The translations under genes and the position numbers were made by a program. From Octopus vulgaris (Eukaryota), in NCBI GenBank assembly GCA_951406725.2, contig OX597836.1, positions 35,898,001 to 35,962,000 of the forward strand: a DNA stretch of 64,000 nt, given 5' to 3'. The notes under the pieces are model-generated. The model was not told the origin of the DNA, ran no database searches, and saw only the letters and a list, made by a program, of their open reading frames with translations. Shown one piece after another: positions 12,458 to 25,800 of the stretch (position 1 is the first letter of the stretch; each line of letters opens with the position of its first letter).

Positions 12458-12804
12458 CATACATACATATATATATATATACATACATACATACATACAT
12501 ACATATAAATATATATATATACACAGTCACATACACATGCACACATGCATACGCAAATATACGCACACAAACACATATGCACACATATACATAAATAAAC
12601 ACACACATACATACACGCATACACATGCACACACACACACATACTCATGCACGTACACGTATACAAACGTGCACGTATACACACGCAAACACATATACAC
12701 GCATATACTTACATAAACACACACACACATATATGCAAACACATATATACATATACGCATATACATGCACACAGACTCAAACAAATACACAGACACACTT
12801 ACAT

Positions 12805-12873
<69 letters not shown>

Positions 12874-13393
12874 CAGAGGCACACACATACGCAAAGACTG
12901 GGGGAGTAAAGAGAAAGCTAAAGAGAATTGAGAGACAAACATAACTGATATACACAAGGAAGAACATGCTGAGAGCCGCACGTTGGACAATAAACAATAA
13001 AGGTGAAAGCATTAATTGAAAAACCGAAATACAATTAGATAGATATTTCCGACAGAGTTTAAAACCTGGAAAATCGGGAATGCCATATAAATGCGGGTAA
13101 GAGTACCTAGCAGAGAAAATATACGCCAACACGTTGTGTTTACTGCAAATTATAATCAAACAAGTGTTGTAGGGAGAACATTGGCACCAGTTAAGCATAG
13201 CATATGTCAGCAGAACGATATCACTGACAACGTTATAAGAATATATTTAGAAGTCATTATGATATGCAACCGACCTTTCCATCGTAGCAACTACAAATAC
13301 GATATCTTTAAATAAATACAAACAAGTTATTAGCAACAAAAATATGTTTTAATATCCAAAAGAAGGTAAGAATGTCACGGGAAAGTTACTGGT

Positions 13394-14000
13394 CGTATAC
13401 CGGTCTCGGTGTCTGCTGCAAATTAAATTTAGTTTCTCTCTTTGAATAACGACTTCTTCAGTGTGTAATAATGATGGGCAGTCAGGCTACAGATGTGGGT
13501 TCGTATCTGTAACCAGATAGGATCCGCGGATTTATGAGCGAAAAAAAAATATGAATGCAATCCGGTGCTGGTGTGTTATGACCTTCTAGTAGAGGCTGTC
13601 CGTGGAATTTACTTTAATGGTCGTGACCTAAAAGTTACCTCTTGTAGTCCTAGCAGTAGTGGTAGGAAGAGTTCTAAATAAATTAATGGCCAGCGACTGT
13701 TTTAATATTTGTATCATCTTGAAAATTTGCATGGGTATTATTCTAAGATCTTTGCTGTAGTGTCATCTGTGGTAGAAGCATTCAAAAAAAGTTTATATTT
13801 CGCGTGCGCTGATTATAGATTGCATTTCCCCTAAATTTATAGTGGAGAAAATTCTAAAGTCGGGTTGTTCATTAGTGACGCAAAAGCTATTTTTCTGTAT
13901 TCCTGTATTTCAATCTGGGATCTATGAACGCTCATCCTCTGGCGTAGACTGCTTTTAGTTTGACCAATGTATTGCTTTCGATGCCCTGAGGAAGTTGACA
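13394..14000 (-). mobile_element. Degenerate Penelope-like element: GIY-YIG fragment with a decayed hammerhead-like motif downstream
   Basis: rc 13880-13990 reads KQYIGQTK/SLRQRMSVHRSQIEIQEYRK (frameshifted). rc 13398-13461 has CTGAAGA...GAGACcgGTA. Confidence 0.6.
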
Positions 14001-14048
14001 TATATATCAGGTTTTCCGAAACATATGTAAAGTTGCATTTCCCTGTAA

Positions 14049-14096
<48 letters not shown>

Positions 14097-14097
<1 letters not shown>

Positions 14098-14380
14098 CTT
14101 AGAATAACTTAGAAAGGTTTTGGCCAGTGTTGGCCCAGGCCATGTCTAATTTAATAGCACCACCTGGCGAAGTCTTTCAAGTCAGGATTTGGGCACATAG
14201 GCCCATTCGAGCAGAGAGTTATTGTTTGCTGAGACATATCCGGGTGTGGGTTGTTTGTCCGGGACTCTCTGAAGGAATTTGTCCAAAGACTTCTTGAATT
14301 TTGTGTGGTCAGTTTCTGTTTTGACGTGTCCTGGTGTAATGTTGAAGAGAGCGGGTGAAGCTGAGGTGAAATAATTGTGA
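14097..14380 (-). mobile_element. CR1/L2-group LINE 3' end within (TA)n
   Basis: rc reads HNYFTSASPALFNITP..KFKKSLDKFLQRVPDKQPTPGYVSANNNSLLEW; short tandem tail (ttctaagtta). Confidence 0.7.
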
Positions 14381-14398
14381 AATATATGTATACATATA

Positions 14399-14443
<45 letters not shown>

Positions 14444-14658
14444 TTGTTATCGCCATATTAATATGCCATTCTTATAGATATAAGAATAATCGCTGCCATG
14501 GTCAGCTCCATGAGGCCACCGCCATCAAGATAGCTATTGATACACGATCTGTATCCATTATAACCTTCGGACAAGGGAGGTCAGCCGCTTCACACTGCCA
14601 GTCCGACAGCTACACACTTATAGAGACTTAGTAATTTTAGTAATTTTAATATTTCTAT

Positions 14659-14723
<65 letters not shown>

Positions 14724-14862
14724 GTATATATATATGCATATATATAAGTATATATATATATATTTATATATATATGTATGTATATATATATATGTATATA
14801 TATATATGTATATATATATTTATATATATATATATATGTGTATATATATATCTATATATATA

Positions 14863-14936
<74 letters not shown>

Positions 14937-14993
14937 ATATAAATGAATAAATGGTGGGGTTGTGTTGACCGCACGTCGAGAAATGATAGGCAA

Positions 14994-15450
14994 GGAAAAA
15001 TTATAAAATGGCAGAATGCTAAATTGAAGGTAAATTTTAATGAAAATGCGTGTATAGAAAATTTTGAAAAATTAACAAAATATATATATATATAAATTAA
15101 ATTAAAAAGTACATGGATTTCAATCCTCCAAGGTAATTTTTTCAAGAACTATCATTGAACTCGAGATACACAAAGACTTTACAATGTATCGGTGAACCCA
15201 TTTTTTTTGCTTTTGTATATGTTTATTATTATTTTTTTGCAAAAAACAATGTAATTTTCTTTTTTCCCCCTCCTCAATCATAATTTATTTTCTCTTTTCA
15301 CCTTACAATTCTTGAAAATTCACATTGTGACCAAAACCGGTTTGAATTAATACATATATATTTTTTTAATTTTTCAAAATTTTCGATACACCCATTTTCA
15401 TTAAAATTAACCTTCAATTAACCTTCATTCTGCCTTTTTATAATTTTTCC
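14994..15450. mobile_element. Foldback element with ~110-bp imperfect inverted arms
   Basis: ggaaaaattataaaatggcagaatg...ttttaatgaaaatgcgtgtatagaaaattttgaaaaattaa is mirrored at 15366-15450. Confidence 0.75.
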
Positions 15451-15481
<31 letters not shown>

Positions 15482-15504
15482 TATATATATATATATATAT
15501 ATAT

Positions 15505-15706
15505 ATTTCTTTACTACCCACAAGGGCTAAACACAGAGGGGACAAACAAGGACAGACAAAGGGATTAAGTCGATTACATCGACCCCAGTGCGTAACTGGT
15601 ACTTAATTTATCGACCCCGAAAGGATGAAAGGCAAAGTCGACCTCGGCGGAATTCGAACCCGGAACGTAACGACGGAATTCGCCCGGCGTGCTAACGTTT
15701 CCGCCT
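15505..15706 (-). mobile_element. SINE family A inside (TA)n
   Basis: Consensus match with a small internal deletion. Confidence 0.88.
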
Positions 15707-15713
15707 TCTATTA

Positions 15714-15966
<253 letters not shown>

Positions 15967-16483
15967 ATGGCTGTATGAAATATTTTTATAGATAGAGAGA
16001 AGGCTTTATAAGACACAGCTTTAAATTTGGTCCTTTACTGCTGGACTATGTGTTTATGCTCTCGCACTTTTTTCGAATCCTTAATGAATAAAGACATAGC
16101 TGTCTCGCGCATGTGTTTTCGGTACGTATTTGCAACTGCATAATTATTCATTAATTAGCGATCCTGCTGATGATGTAGATATTCCAAATTAGTTTCCATG
16201 GCAGTTAGTAGTGAAACTTGAGTTTGGGATTCACTACTTCATTTTTTTGTTCGTTCTAGTGTTATAATAGCGTACGTCATGAATTCTTTTGTTCGTTGTT
16301 TGGGTTTTGACTGCCCTTTAATATGTAAAGAGTCCCGTGAAGGGTCTCCGCTCTGTATATAAAAAATATTTTATGCACTTATATATTTAAGAAAAAATAT
16401 GTTATTAATTAGGACTTTTATTTATGCATGCTAATCACTGGTAACAGATAATTTCAACTTATTACCTTCACTTACTATTTACG

Positions 16484-16526
<43 letters not shown>

Positions 16527-16556
16527 TTTATATACATATTCAGATATATACATGCA

Positions 16557-16736
16557 CATCATCATTATCATCATTGTTCGGCCGTGGTCGAGACAATGGA
16601 ATTTACCATGCTACGCCAGACTTCACGGTCCATCATGGCATTACGGAGGTCCTGTTGCTGGATGCCTGTATCCCTGGAGATTACATCAGGGTAGGAGAGT
16701 GTGCGCCCTCTGGTATTGCAGTAGATGGTTTCCAAC
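16557..16736 (-). mobile_element. RTE LINE 3' end (same family as 5390-5881)
   Basis: rc encodes [44 protein letters not shown]; (GAT)n tail. Confidence 0.88.
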
Positions 16737-16742
16737 CCCCTC

Positions 16743-16813
<71 letters not shown>

Positions 16814-17789
16814 CGTAGATATACATGCTCACATATATACATATACACACACACACACATATATATATATATACACACATCTATATATAGAGTCAATTAT
16901 GCGTTTAAAGAAGTTAGATATATTAAATATAGCAGTTTGGGTATATATTTTATTTAATTTTATTTCTGCGGAATGTATTTTGAGCAAGTTCGATCTATAA
17001 GTATAAATATCTTTATATCTATACTTATATGTTCCTCAGTATCCCTCAAATGGATACAGTCTCCAAATGTAAATTAATTTTAATTGCGACGTAACATAAT
17101 AATTAACAGACAAATAGATCTTACAGTGTATCTATAAATGTGTGTGTATTTGTTGTGAAAACATTCCGGTCACCCGCAAGTGACTAAATGTGAACTGGCT
17201 CTTTGTTATATAGCCACGACTGGCTGTTCGTGTTGGTAGCCGTTCACTGTGAGTCTTTGATACAGAGCATTGAGTCTCGTGTAATAGTTATAGTAAAGCG
17301 CCGTGTATATACTTTCTGCCCTTGTTTCATTATATAATATATCCAATACAAGCATATAAAATTGTAATAATTTATTTTCATGTCAAGTTATATTATATTT
17401 CCGGTAATTTATCCTATCACAAGCAGATAGATAGTAAGAGTTTTGAGAGAAAAAATGTTATCTATATTCCATTCTCGTATGTCGCCTATAACACCAGAAT
17501 CGTTTGCTTACATCATTTTCGAAATATAGCAGATGCATTAAAAGTTTGTGTCAAGAAATTACATATATTGTTTATGGCATTATTTATGAGTATCATATTA
17601 TATATTTTTTCTAGGCTCTCACCTGCATTGTTCAACATGTTGTTAAAGATATTGCCATTTAAATATTGTACTGATTCAAGCATATTACTATGCTCTACCA
17701 TACATACATAAATACGTGCATCCATACGTATATATTGTACATTCAACCGTTAATACACAAACACATACGCAAAAACTCACACATACACA

Positions 17790-17850
<61 letters not shown>

Positions 17851-17896
17851 AAACAGTCGAACACTGGCATATGAGCTTAATATTTCCTGTTACATA

Positions 17897-18310
17897 GGCG
17901 GCGAACTGGCAGAGACGTTAGCACGCCGGGCGAAATGCTTGGCGGTATTTCGTCTGCCGCAACGTTCTGATTTCAAATTTCGCCGAGGTCGACATTGCCT
18001 TTCATTCTTATGGGGTCGATTAAATAAATACTAGTTACGCACTGGGGTCAGTATAATCGACTTAATTCGTTTGTCTGTCCTTGTTTGTCCTCTCTGTGTT
18101 TAGCCTCTTGTGGGTAGTAAAGAAATAGGTATTTCGTCAGTCGTTACGTTCTGAGTTCAAATTCTGCCGAGGTCGACTTCGCCTTTCATCCTTTTGGAGT
18201 CGATTAAATAAATACCAGTTACTCACTGGGGTCGATGTAATCGACTTAATCCGTTTGTCTGTCCTTGTTTGTCCTCTCTGTGTTTAGCCCCTTGTGGGTA
18301 GTAAAGGAAT
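17897..18310 (+). mobile_element. SINE family A dimer
   Basis: Second unit begins at the junction gaaatag|gtatttcgtc (~18128). Confidence 0.88.
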
Positions 18311-18640
18311 ATATAATAAAAAGATTAACATACCTGCAATATAAAAACCGTTAAGCATAAAATCAATTTAATGTTAATCATATGTGCATACATACTTACA
18401 AACACACATGCATTCCTACATACATGCGTGCATACATACATACATACATACATACATACATACAGACAGACAGACAGACAGACAGGATGGCAAAGAGGAA
18501 GCTAATAGCTGGTCTACAATATTATCAAAAAGGAAATAAGTAACGGTCTGTGAGTCTAAAATAAATTCCTCAATAAGCTCTTACTCCCTGATGATCTGTT
18601 GTAAACCAAGAAGCGCAGACCTCACAAACCTTAGTAACAA

Positions 18641-19035
18641 CTAGCAGTACCGCCCGGCGTTGCTCGGGTTTGTAAGGGAAATAACTATATACGCATTTTT
18701 AGAGATGTAAAGTATAATAGCCATCTCAATATGGCTAACCAGAAAGGGGGGTGTTACTGTGGCTTTTTACGTTCTCAGATTTAATAATACATTTTTAGAG
18801 AGTTACTTCTCTTATATAAACCGAGCGAAAATGCATTAAAAATACGGAAAAATTATGGTAATTTTTTTTTAAATCGTAGACTTAGCGTAGACGCGCGCTA
18901 ATACCCAGAAGGGCTCGATATGAATCACGACTATAAGATACCCGCTTTTGGTTTCACTGCACCGCAAAATGTGGGAGTAGTTAGGAATCTAAATCGTAGG
19001 AGACAGACACACAACTTGACTTTTATATATAAAGA
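18641..19035 (-). mobile_element. Non-autonomous Helitron with captured segment
   Basis: TC...hairpin-CTAG termini at an A|T site; body matches 24931-25326. Confidence 0.85.
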
Positions 19036-19576
19036 TTAGGGAGAAAAAAGCTGCATTACCAACAATAATAATCCGCAGTTATGAAAACAGTGAAAATGAG
19101 ATGGATAATAGTATTACCATGATGTGTAGCATCTCTTGGACTCTTGGCAGTTACATCATATTTCGACGGTTATGATTGTGAAATCCTTGCACAGAAGATA
19201 GCAGTAGAATGTGTTAAGAAGAAAGCGAGTAACTGAAGCTCATAAAATCCCACGATGGAACTGGAAACGTCGATCATACAACACCTTTGTGGAAGACTTG
19301 ACACATGCAAAATGCAGCTGCCCCCACATATTCCGCTATAATTTGTCATTATGACATGTTTCTTTTAAAATATACAGTAGGATCCATAGATAAGAGTGCC
19401 TGACGATAAATATAGACATCTCTGCTTTTTAAAAACAGACCTACCAATGTAATGGCCGAATATTTCCTCACAAACTGCTACCGCATGGAGACGTAGAAGG
19501 CTAGAAAGGAGGAATCAAATAGGTTAACTATGCTGTAGACGGTGAGGTGTATATACAAAAATTAGCGAATATCTAT

Positions 19577-19693
<117 letters not shown>

Positions 19694-19729
19694 AATCTAT
19701 TTATGTATGTATTTATGTATGTATGTATA

Positions 19730-19792
<63 letters not shown>

Positions 19793-19830
19793 ACACACGA
19801 AGATATATATATATATATATGAAATAAGTG

Positions 19831-20035
19831 GAAATTTTACCAAACGAATAAATGAGCATCTAAGACAATTTGACGACAGAATACAGTCCTCCATACTCTA
19901 CAAACACGCCATGGAGATAACTTGGGTCAACTTGACATCCGCATCTTATCCAAGCATACAAAATACCCAACACTCGGACAAATACGGGAGTGCGTCCTTA
20001 TAAATGAAACCTCCCCAATACTAAATAGGAAACAT
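19831..20035 (+). mobile_element. Penelope-like GIY-YIG C-terminal fragment
   Basis: NFTKRINEHLRQ..SSILYKHAME / LDIRILSKH..QIRECVLINETSPILNRK (frameshifted). Confidence 0.55.
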
Positions 20036-20118
20036 ACATAGTAAATACCATACCTCCATACCTACAGTTTACACAGGTAGAGTAGAATAGTTAGTGGACT
20101 GTTAGGTAGATAAATGTA

Positions 20119-20350
20119 AGGCGGTGAGCTGGCAGAAACGTTAGCACGGCGGGCGAAATGCTTAGCGGTATTTCGTCTGCCGCTGCGTTCTGAGTTCAAA
20201 TTCCGCCGAGGTCGACTTTGCCTTTCATCCTTTCGGGGTCGATTAAATAAGTACCAGTTACGCACTGGAGTCGATATAGTCGACTTAATCCGTTTGTCTG
20301 TCCTTGTTTGTCCCCTCTGTGTTTAGCCCCTTGTGGGTAGTAAAACAACA
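20119..20350 (+). mobile_element. SINE family A, young copy
   Basis: Near-consensus; 18-bp TSD gttaggtagataaatgta (20101-20118 / 20351-20368). Confidence 0.93.
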
Positions 20351-20364
20351 GTTAGGTAGATAAA

Positions 20365-20409
<45 letters not shown>

Positions 20410-20854
20410 ACCTTTTTCTTTCTGTATGTAAGCATATAGATAAGAAAATAAACCGATCAACATACAGACAGATAGGTATATAGGCAAAGTTGACCTAGGC
20501 AGGATTTTAGCTCAGAAAATAAGTTCAGACAATATTTTGCTAAGCCTTTACCAGGCTTGCGAAAGATTCTTCCAGCTCGCTGCCTTATTTCGAGAATAGA
20601 TATTCAATGTTATTTGCTGAGTGTGGGAACTATACGTTCTTAATAAAACTTCATGAAAATCTCTAAACATATGACCTTATAGTTGATATAGCTTTGCATA
20701 AATTATTGAAATCAAGTAAGTAGTTTCTCCTGACAGATAATCATCGAATGACTTGTTAGCAAGCCAGTCTCTGTGGCGCCACATTAATTACGTTTGTTTG
20801 ATTAAAATCTTTATTGTTTGCCATGTTTTCTGAGAGCTGACTTTAAGACTACCG

Positions 20855-20941
<87 letters not shown>

Positions 20942-20977
20942 GACCAACCTATGTATGTATTTATCTATCTACCTCTT

Positions 20978-21024
<47 letters not shown>

Positions 21025-21551
21025 CTCCCTCTATCTATCTATCTATCTATCTGTGCCTCTTTCAATCAGTTTATGAATATATATTCGCGTCTGTATGTCT
21101 ACATATATGTGCTCGTGTATGTATACCTGTGTGAGTGTGTAGATGTGTGTGTGTGTGTGTGTGTGTTTGCGCATGTCACTACATATGTCTGTGTGTTTCT
21201 TACTTTTGTTTCCGTGTACTCAACATTTCTGAAACATTATCTGCACTGAAACCCGCAAATTCCCAAACATACATCCAAGATCCAAACTCCTCCTGGAGTA
21301 AAAACACGAGGAGTTCCATAATAGCGATATGTTTATATATATTTCAAATTTTCGGGTAAAAATTAAATATTCATTTTTACCATTGGCCAGCTTGAGTAAA
21401 AGTATTGACTCCTATTTCTAGTGGATGGAAAGCCATTAAGTGACTTTTCCCTTGATGTATAATTTTTATACACACATATAATAGCATTTGCAATCTACGG
21501 ACATTTTTACTAACGCTGGCCACTGGTAAAAATTAATATCTAATTTTTACC

Positions 21552-21620
<69 letters not shown>

Positions 21621-21636
21621 TATATATATATGTATG

Positions 21637-21683
<47 letters not shown>

Positions 21684-21767
21684 AGGTCCCGGGTTGATTC
21701 GGGGTTAACCACAGTAAATAAGGTACTCAATACATAGCAGAGTAAAATTAATTTATTATATAGAAGG

Positions 21768-21818
21768 AGCTTCTACAGGACTAGAACTGTTTCATTCAAG
21801 AGAAATCATCAGGAAGCT
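21768..21818 (-). ncRNA. Type I hammerhead ribozyme (minus-strand copy within palindrome)
   Basis: rc: agcttc CTGATGA tttctcttgaat GAAAC ag-ttctagtc-ct GTA gaagct. Stem I agcttc/gaagct is perfect, stem II is ttc/gaa, stem III is ACAG/CTGT, and the cleavage triplet is GUA. Confidence 0.75.
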
Positions 21819-21864
21819 CCTGATGATTTCTCTTGAATGAAACAGTTCTAGTCCTGTAGAAGCT
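21815..21864 (+). ncRNA. Type I hammerhead ribozyme (plus-strand copy within palindrome)
   Basis: agctc CTGATGA tttctcttgaat GAAAC agttctagtcct GTA gaagct; stem I has a one-base bulge. Confidence 0.65.
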
Positions 21865-21873
21865 CCTTCTATA

Positions 21874-21922
<49 letters not shown>

Positions 21923-22326
21923 CCTGTTTCAGTCATTAGACTGCGGCCATGCTGGGGCACCATGCAAATTTTTAGTTACATGATCAACCCCTGTACTTAT
22001 TTTAAAAGCCTGGTACACATTCTATTATTCTCTTTTACCGATCACATAAAGTTTGTGAGAGACAGGTAGAAACAAGTATAATACCCCCTGTAGTTGAATA
22101 GTATGCATATATTCCTTTAAAATACTTTTCATTTAATTTTTCCAAAATTTAATTGTTTTCCATACTTAAAGTTGAAAACGTCTCAATGACCGAAACCGGT
22201 ATTGAAATGTTTATTACTAAAATATTTTTAGCACTGTCTACCTTGACTTTTTTCCATGTATGTATGTATGTATGTATGTATGTATGTATGTATGTATGTA
22301 TGTATGTATGTATGTATGTATGTATG

Positions 22327-22365
<39 letters not shown>

Positions 22366-23473
22366 AGAAATTAAATATAAAATATAAATTACAAAGTGGG
22401 ACAAGAACGCAAAAACACAGAAAGAGACGACACAAAAAAAAAAAACAGACGGGTCACTCGAAGCCTCTAATCTTCAGTCGGAACCGGATCATCTTAGCAA
22501 TTTCGGCTATATATATATATAGGTACAATTTTTGTCTGAGGATGATATCAATTTACATTAGTCATTGCTTTGAAATATGAATATAGAGATCATGAATTGG
22601 TTTTACTGACCTTTCACTTCCGAAGTAAGAAATTTTTAATTAAGCATTTTAAAATAGATAATACCGTTGCTATGATGGTAATTTCCGGAGGAATTTGATC
22701 AGTTGACCGAATTATGGCTACGCCTCTAAATGTTCTTCATCCAGATTTAAAGACTCTTTGGGGAAATATTTAATCAGTTTAGTCCATATCTTTACTGTCG
22801 ATAAATGGAAAGTTTATGACTGGCTACACAACGTTATTTGTTAATCTTTAAATGAGTTTGCTCTTCCGTTAATTAATGTCGAATTTCCTATTCCTAATAG
22901 AATAACACACGATATCACAATGTTTCATATTGATATAAAATGCATTATGGGAATACGACTTATATGACTTACGCATCGATAGAAATCATATACCTGAGAG
23001 ATCAGAGAAGACATTAACAATTCTATAGTTTGAAATCTAATGGAATTATTTCTATAGAAGTATATATATATATATATAATAGAAGCTTCTTTCCTTAAAG
23101 ATTTTACCTGTGTATTTGTTTTCAAAATTGAAAACGTTTTGTTCTATGATTTATATAAATAAGAGCACTAAAGAAATAATCTCGAAATGTCTAGTGATTG
23201 ATTTTCGTATTTTATTATTTCATTGTCTTGAAACTTCAACTAAACGGCACAGTAATCAAGCTTAACTTCTAATGTTCTTGCGAAGCCCCAGGTCAAACTT
23301 TGTTAACAGTGCATTTATCATAACCACTATAATCATCGCGTTCCGAATGTTCTAAGTGCAGGTATCTCGGGTTCACGTAATCTGATTAAGATTCTAATTA
23401 GAAATTTGACTGTAGTTGTGACGTGAGAGAAATCTCTCTTCTTCTTACAACAGGTTAAGCAACTAAACAGGCG

Positions 23474-23555
<82 letters not shown>

Positions 23556-23588
23556 GTGTGTATGCATACATATTTATATGTGTGTGTG

Positions 23589-23919
23589 AAGGCGCGTGGT
23601 TCAGTGAAGAAAGCGTCAAGCTTACGACCGTGAGGTTGTGAGTTCGACTCCCGGATCGGGCTACGTGTTGTATTCTTGAGCAAGACACTTTATTTCAAGT
23701 TGCTCCTGTTAACTCACCCGTAGAAACGAGTTGCGACATCACTGGTGCCAAGCTGTATCGGCCCCTTTTCCTTTGGATAACGTCAGTGGCGTGGAGAGGG
23801 GAGGCTGGTATTACATGTGCGACTGCTGGCCTTCCATAAACGACATTGCCCGGACTTGTACCTCGGAGGGTAACTTTCTAGGTGCAATCCCATGATCATT
23901 CATGACCGAAGGGGGTCTC

Positions 23920-23920
<1 letters not shown>
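23589..23920 (+). mobile_element. tRNA-derived CORE-type SINE, family D
   Basis: Box A/B-like head (gagttcgactccc), then the CORE-like gtgttgtattcttgagcaagacactttatttc; ends in (TA)n. Confidence 0.75.
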
Positions 23921-23989
<69 letters not shown>

Positions 23990-24207
23990 GCATATATATA
24001 TATACATACATGCATATATACACACATATATATGCGTATGTATGTTTGTATGTATGTGTGTGTGTTTGTCTAGGTATATATATATACAGAGCGTACACAC
24101 ACACATATGTATATATGCGCGTGTGTGTGTACGGATATATATGTATACGTATATATGTATATATGTATATATCTATCGATCTGTCTATCTATCTATCTCT
24201 CTCTCCC

Positions 24208-24239
<32 letters not shown>

Positions 24240-24240
24240 A

Positions 24241-24285
<45 letters not shown>

Positions 24286-24930
24286 CATATATCATAGTCT
24301 CAGGTCGACGACAGCCTTTTGAGTGGATTTCGGACACGGAAACCGAAAGATGACTGTCGTCTGTATGAGTATATTTGTGTGTGTGTTTGTACCTCCGCCT
24401 CGCCATTACTTGACAATCGATGTTGCTGTGATTACGTTCCCATAAATTAGCGGTTCGGCAAATTATACTGATAGAATAAGTACAAGGGTTACAATGAATA
24501 AATCTTCTACTCGATTAGTTTGACCAACGGTGGTGCTCCAGGATGGCCGTAGTCACATGACTGAAACAAGTAAATCAATAAAATAACTATGCCACTTCAA
24601 TCCCGTGCAAGGCCGGGTATCTCGGCTTGTATAACATAAATTCTCGAGTTATTAACGATATCTAAGCCTCTGCACCTTATATCATAATTACATGTAAAGT
24701 ATGGCCAGGGGATTGTTTTAATTGTCATTTTTACATACTCTAGAAGCAGAGAAATATCCTGTAATTTCGATTTCTGAAGTTTACTGAATATTTGAACTAC
24801 AAATTTAAATATTCGTTACGTTGACTGTGGAATAGATTTAGTAAGCAATATTAATGCGTTGCAGGCGCAATATTCCGTTTTCATATGCAACAGTCTTTCT
24901 AACTCACCTCGCGTCTATTTTTATTAATGA

Positions 24931-25326
24931 CTAGCAGTATCGCCCGGCGTTGCTCGGGTTTGTAAGGGAAATAACTATAAAGCATTTTTAGAGAGTTATA
25001 GCCAAAAATTAGCAAACAAATGCATTAAAAACGGACAAAAAATGACGGTAATTTTTTTAAAATATCGTTGACTCATCGTAGACATTTTTAGAGAGTTACT
25101 TCCCTTATATAATAGTGAAAAAATGCATTAAAATGGAAAAAATGATGGTAAATTATTTTTTAAATCGTAGACTCATCGTAGAGGCGTGCTAATACCCAGA
25201 AGGGCTCGATATGAATCACGACGATAAGATACCCGGTTTTGGTTAAACTGCACCGCAAAATGTGGGAGTAGTTAGGAATCTAAATCGTAGGAGACAGACA
25301 CAAAACTTCACTTTTATATATAAAGA
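24931..25326 (-). mobile_element. Non-autonomous Helitron
   Basis: CTAG at 24931 with a subterminal hairpin; 5' TCTTTATATATAAAAG at 25326. Confidence 0.88.
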
Positions 25327-25329
25327 TAG

Positions 25330-25624
25330 TCTTTATACGTAAAACTGAAGTTGTGTGTGTGTCTGTCTACTCCGATTTAGATTCATAACTACTCCCACAT
25401 TTTGCGGTGCAGTTTAACCAAAAGTGGGTATCTTATAGTCGTGAGTCATATCGTGCGAGCCCTTCTGGGTATTAGCGCGCGTCTACGATTTAAAAAAAAA
25501 TTACCCTCATTTTTCCGCATTTTTAATGATTTTTACTCGGTTTATATAAGGGAAGTAACTCTCTAAAAATGCTTATATAATTATTTCCCTTACAAACCCG
25601 AGCAACGCCGGGCGATACTGCTAG
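25330..25624 (+). mobile_element. Non-autonomous Helitron, head-to-head with the previous copy
   Basis: tctttatacgtaaaactgaag...cccgagcaacgccgggcgatactgCTAG|t. Confidence 0.88.
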
Positions 25625-25800
25625 TTTAATGTATATCCATTTCAATATTTTCATTTCAATTCTAATTCGCTATTTGCAAAACCCACAGTTTCTTCTATAT
25701 ACGTAATGTAATAACCTTATTAAGTGTATGAATGAATGCTATTAGACAAAATAGCTGTATAAATATCAGGCTTATTTTTCATAAATTAAAAATTTAAAAG

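Noticed and set aside
18580-18625. CTGATGA...GAAGC hammerhead candidate
   Set aside because: GAAA and the cleavage triplet are not intact.
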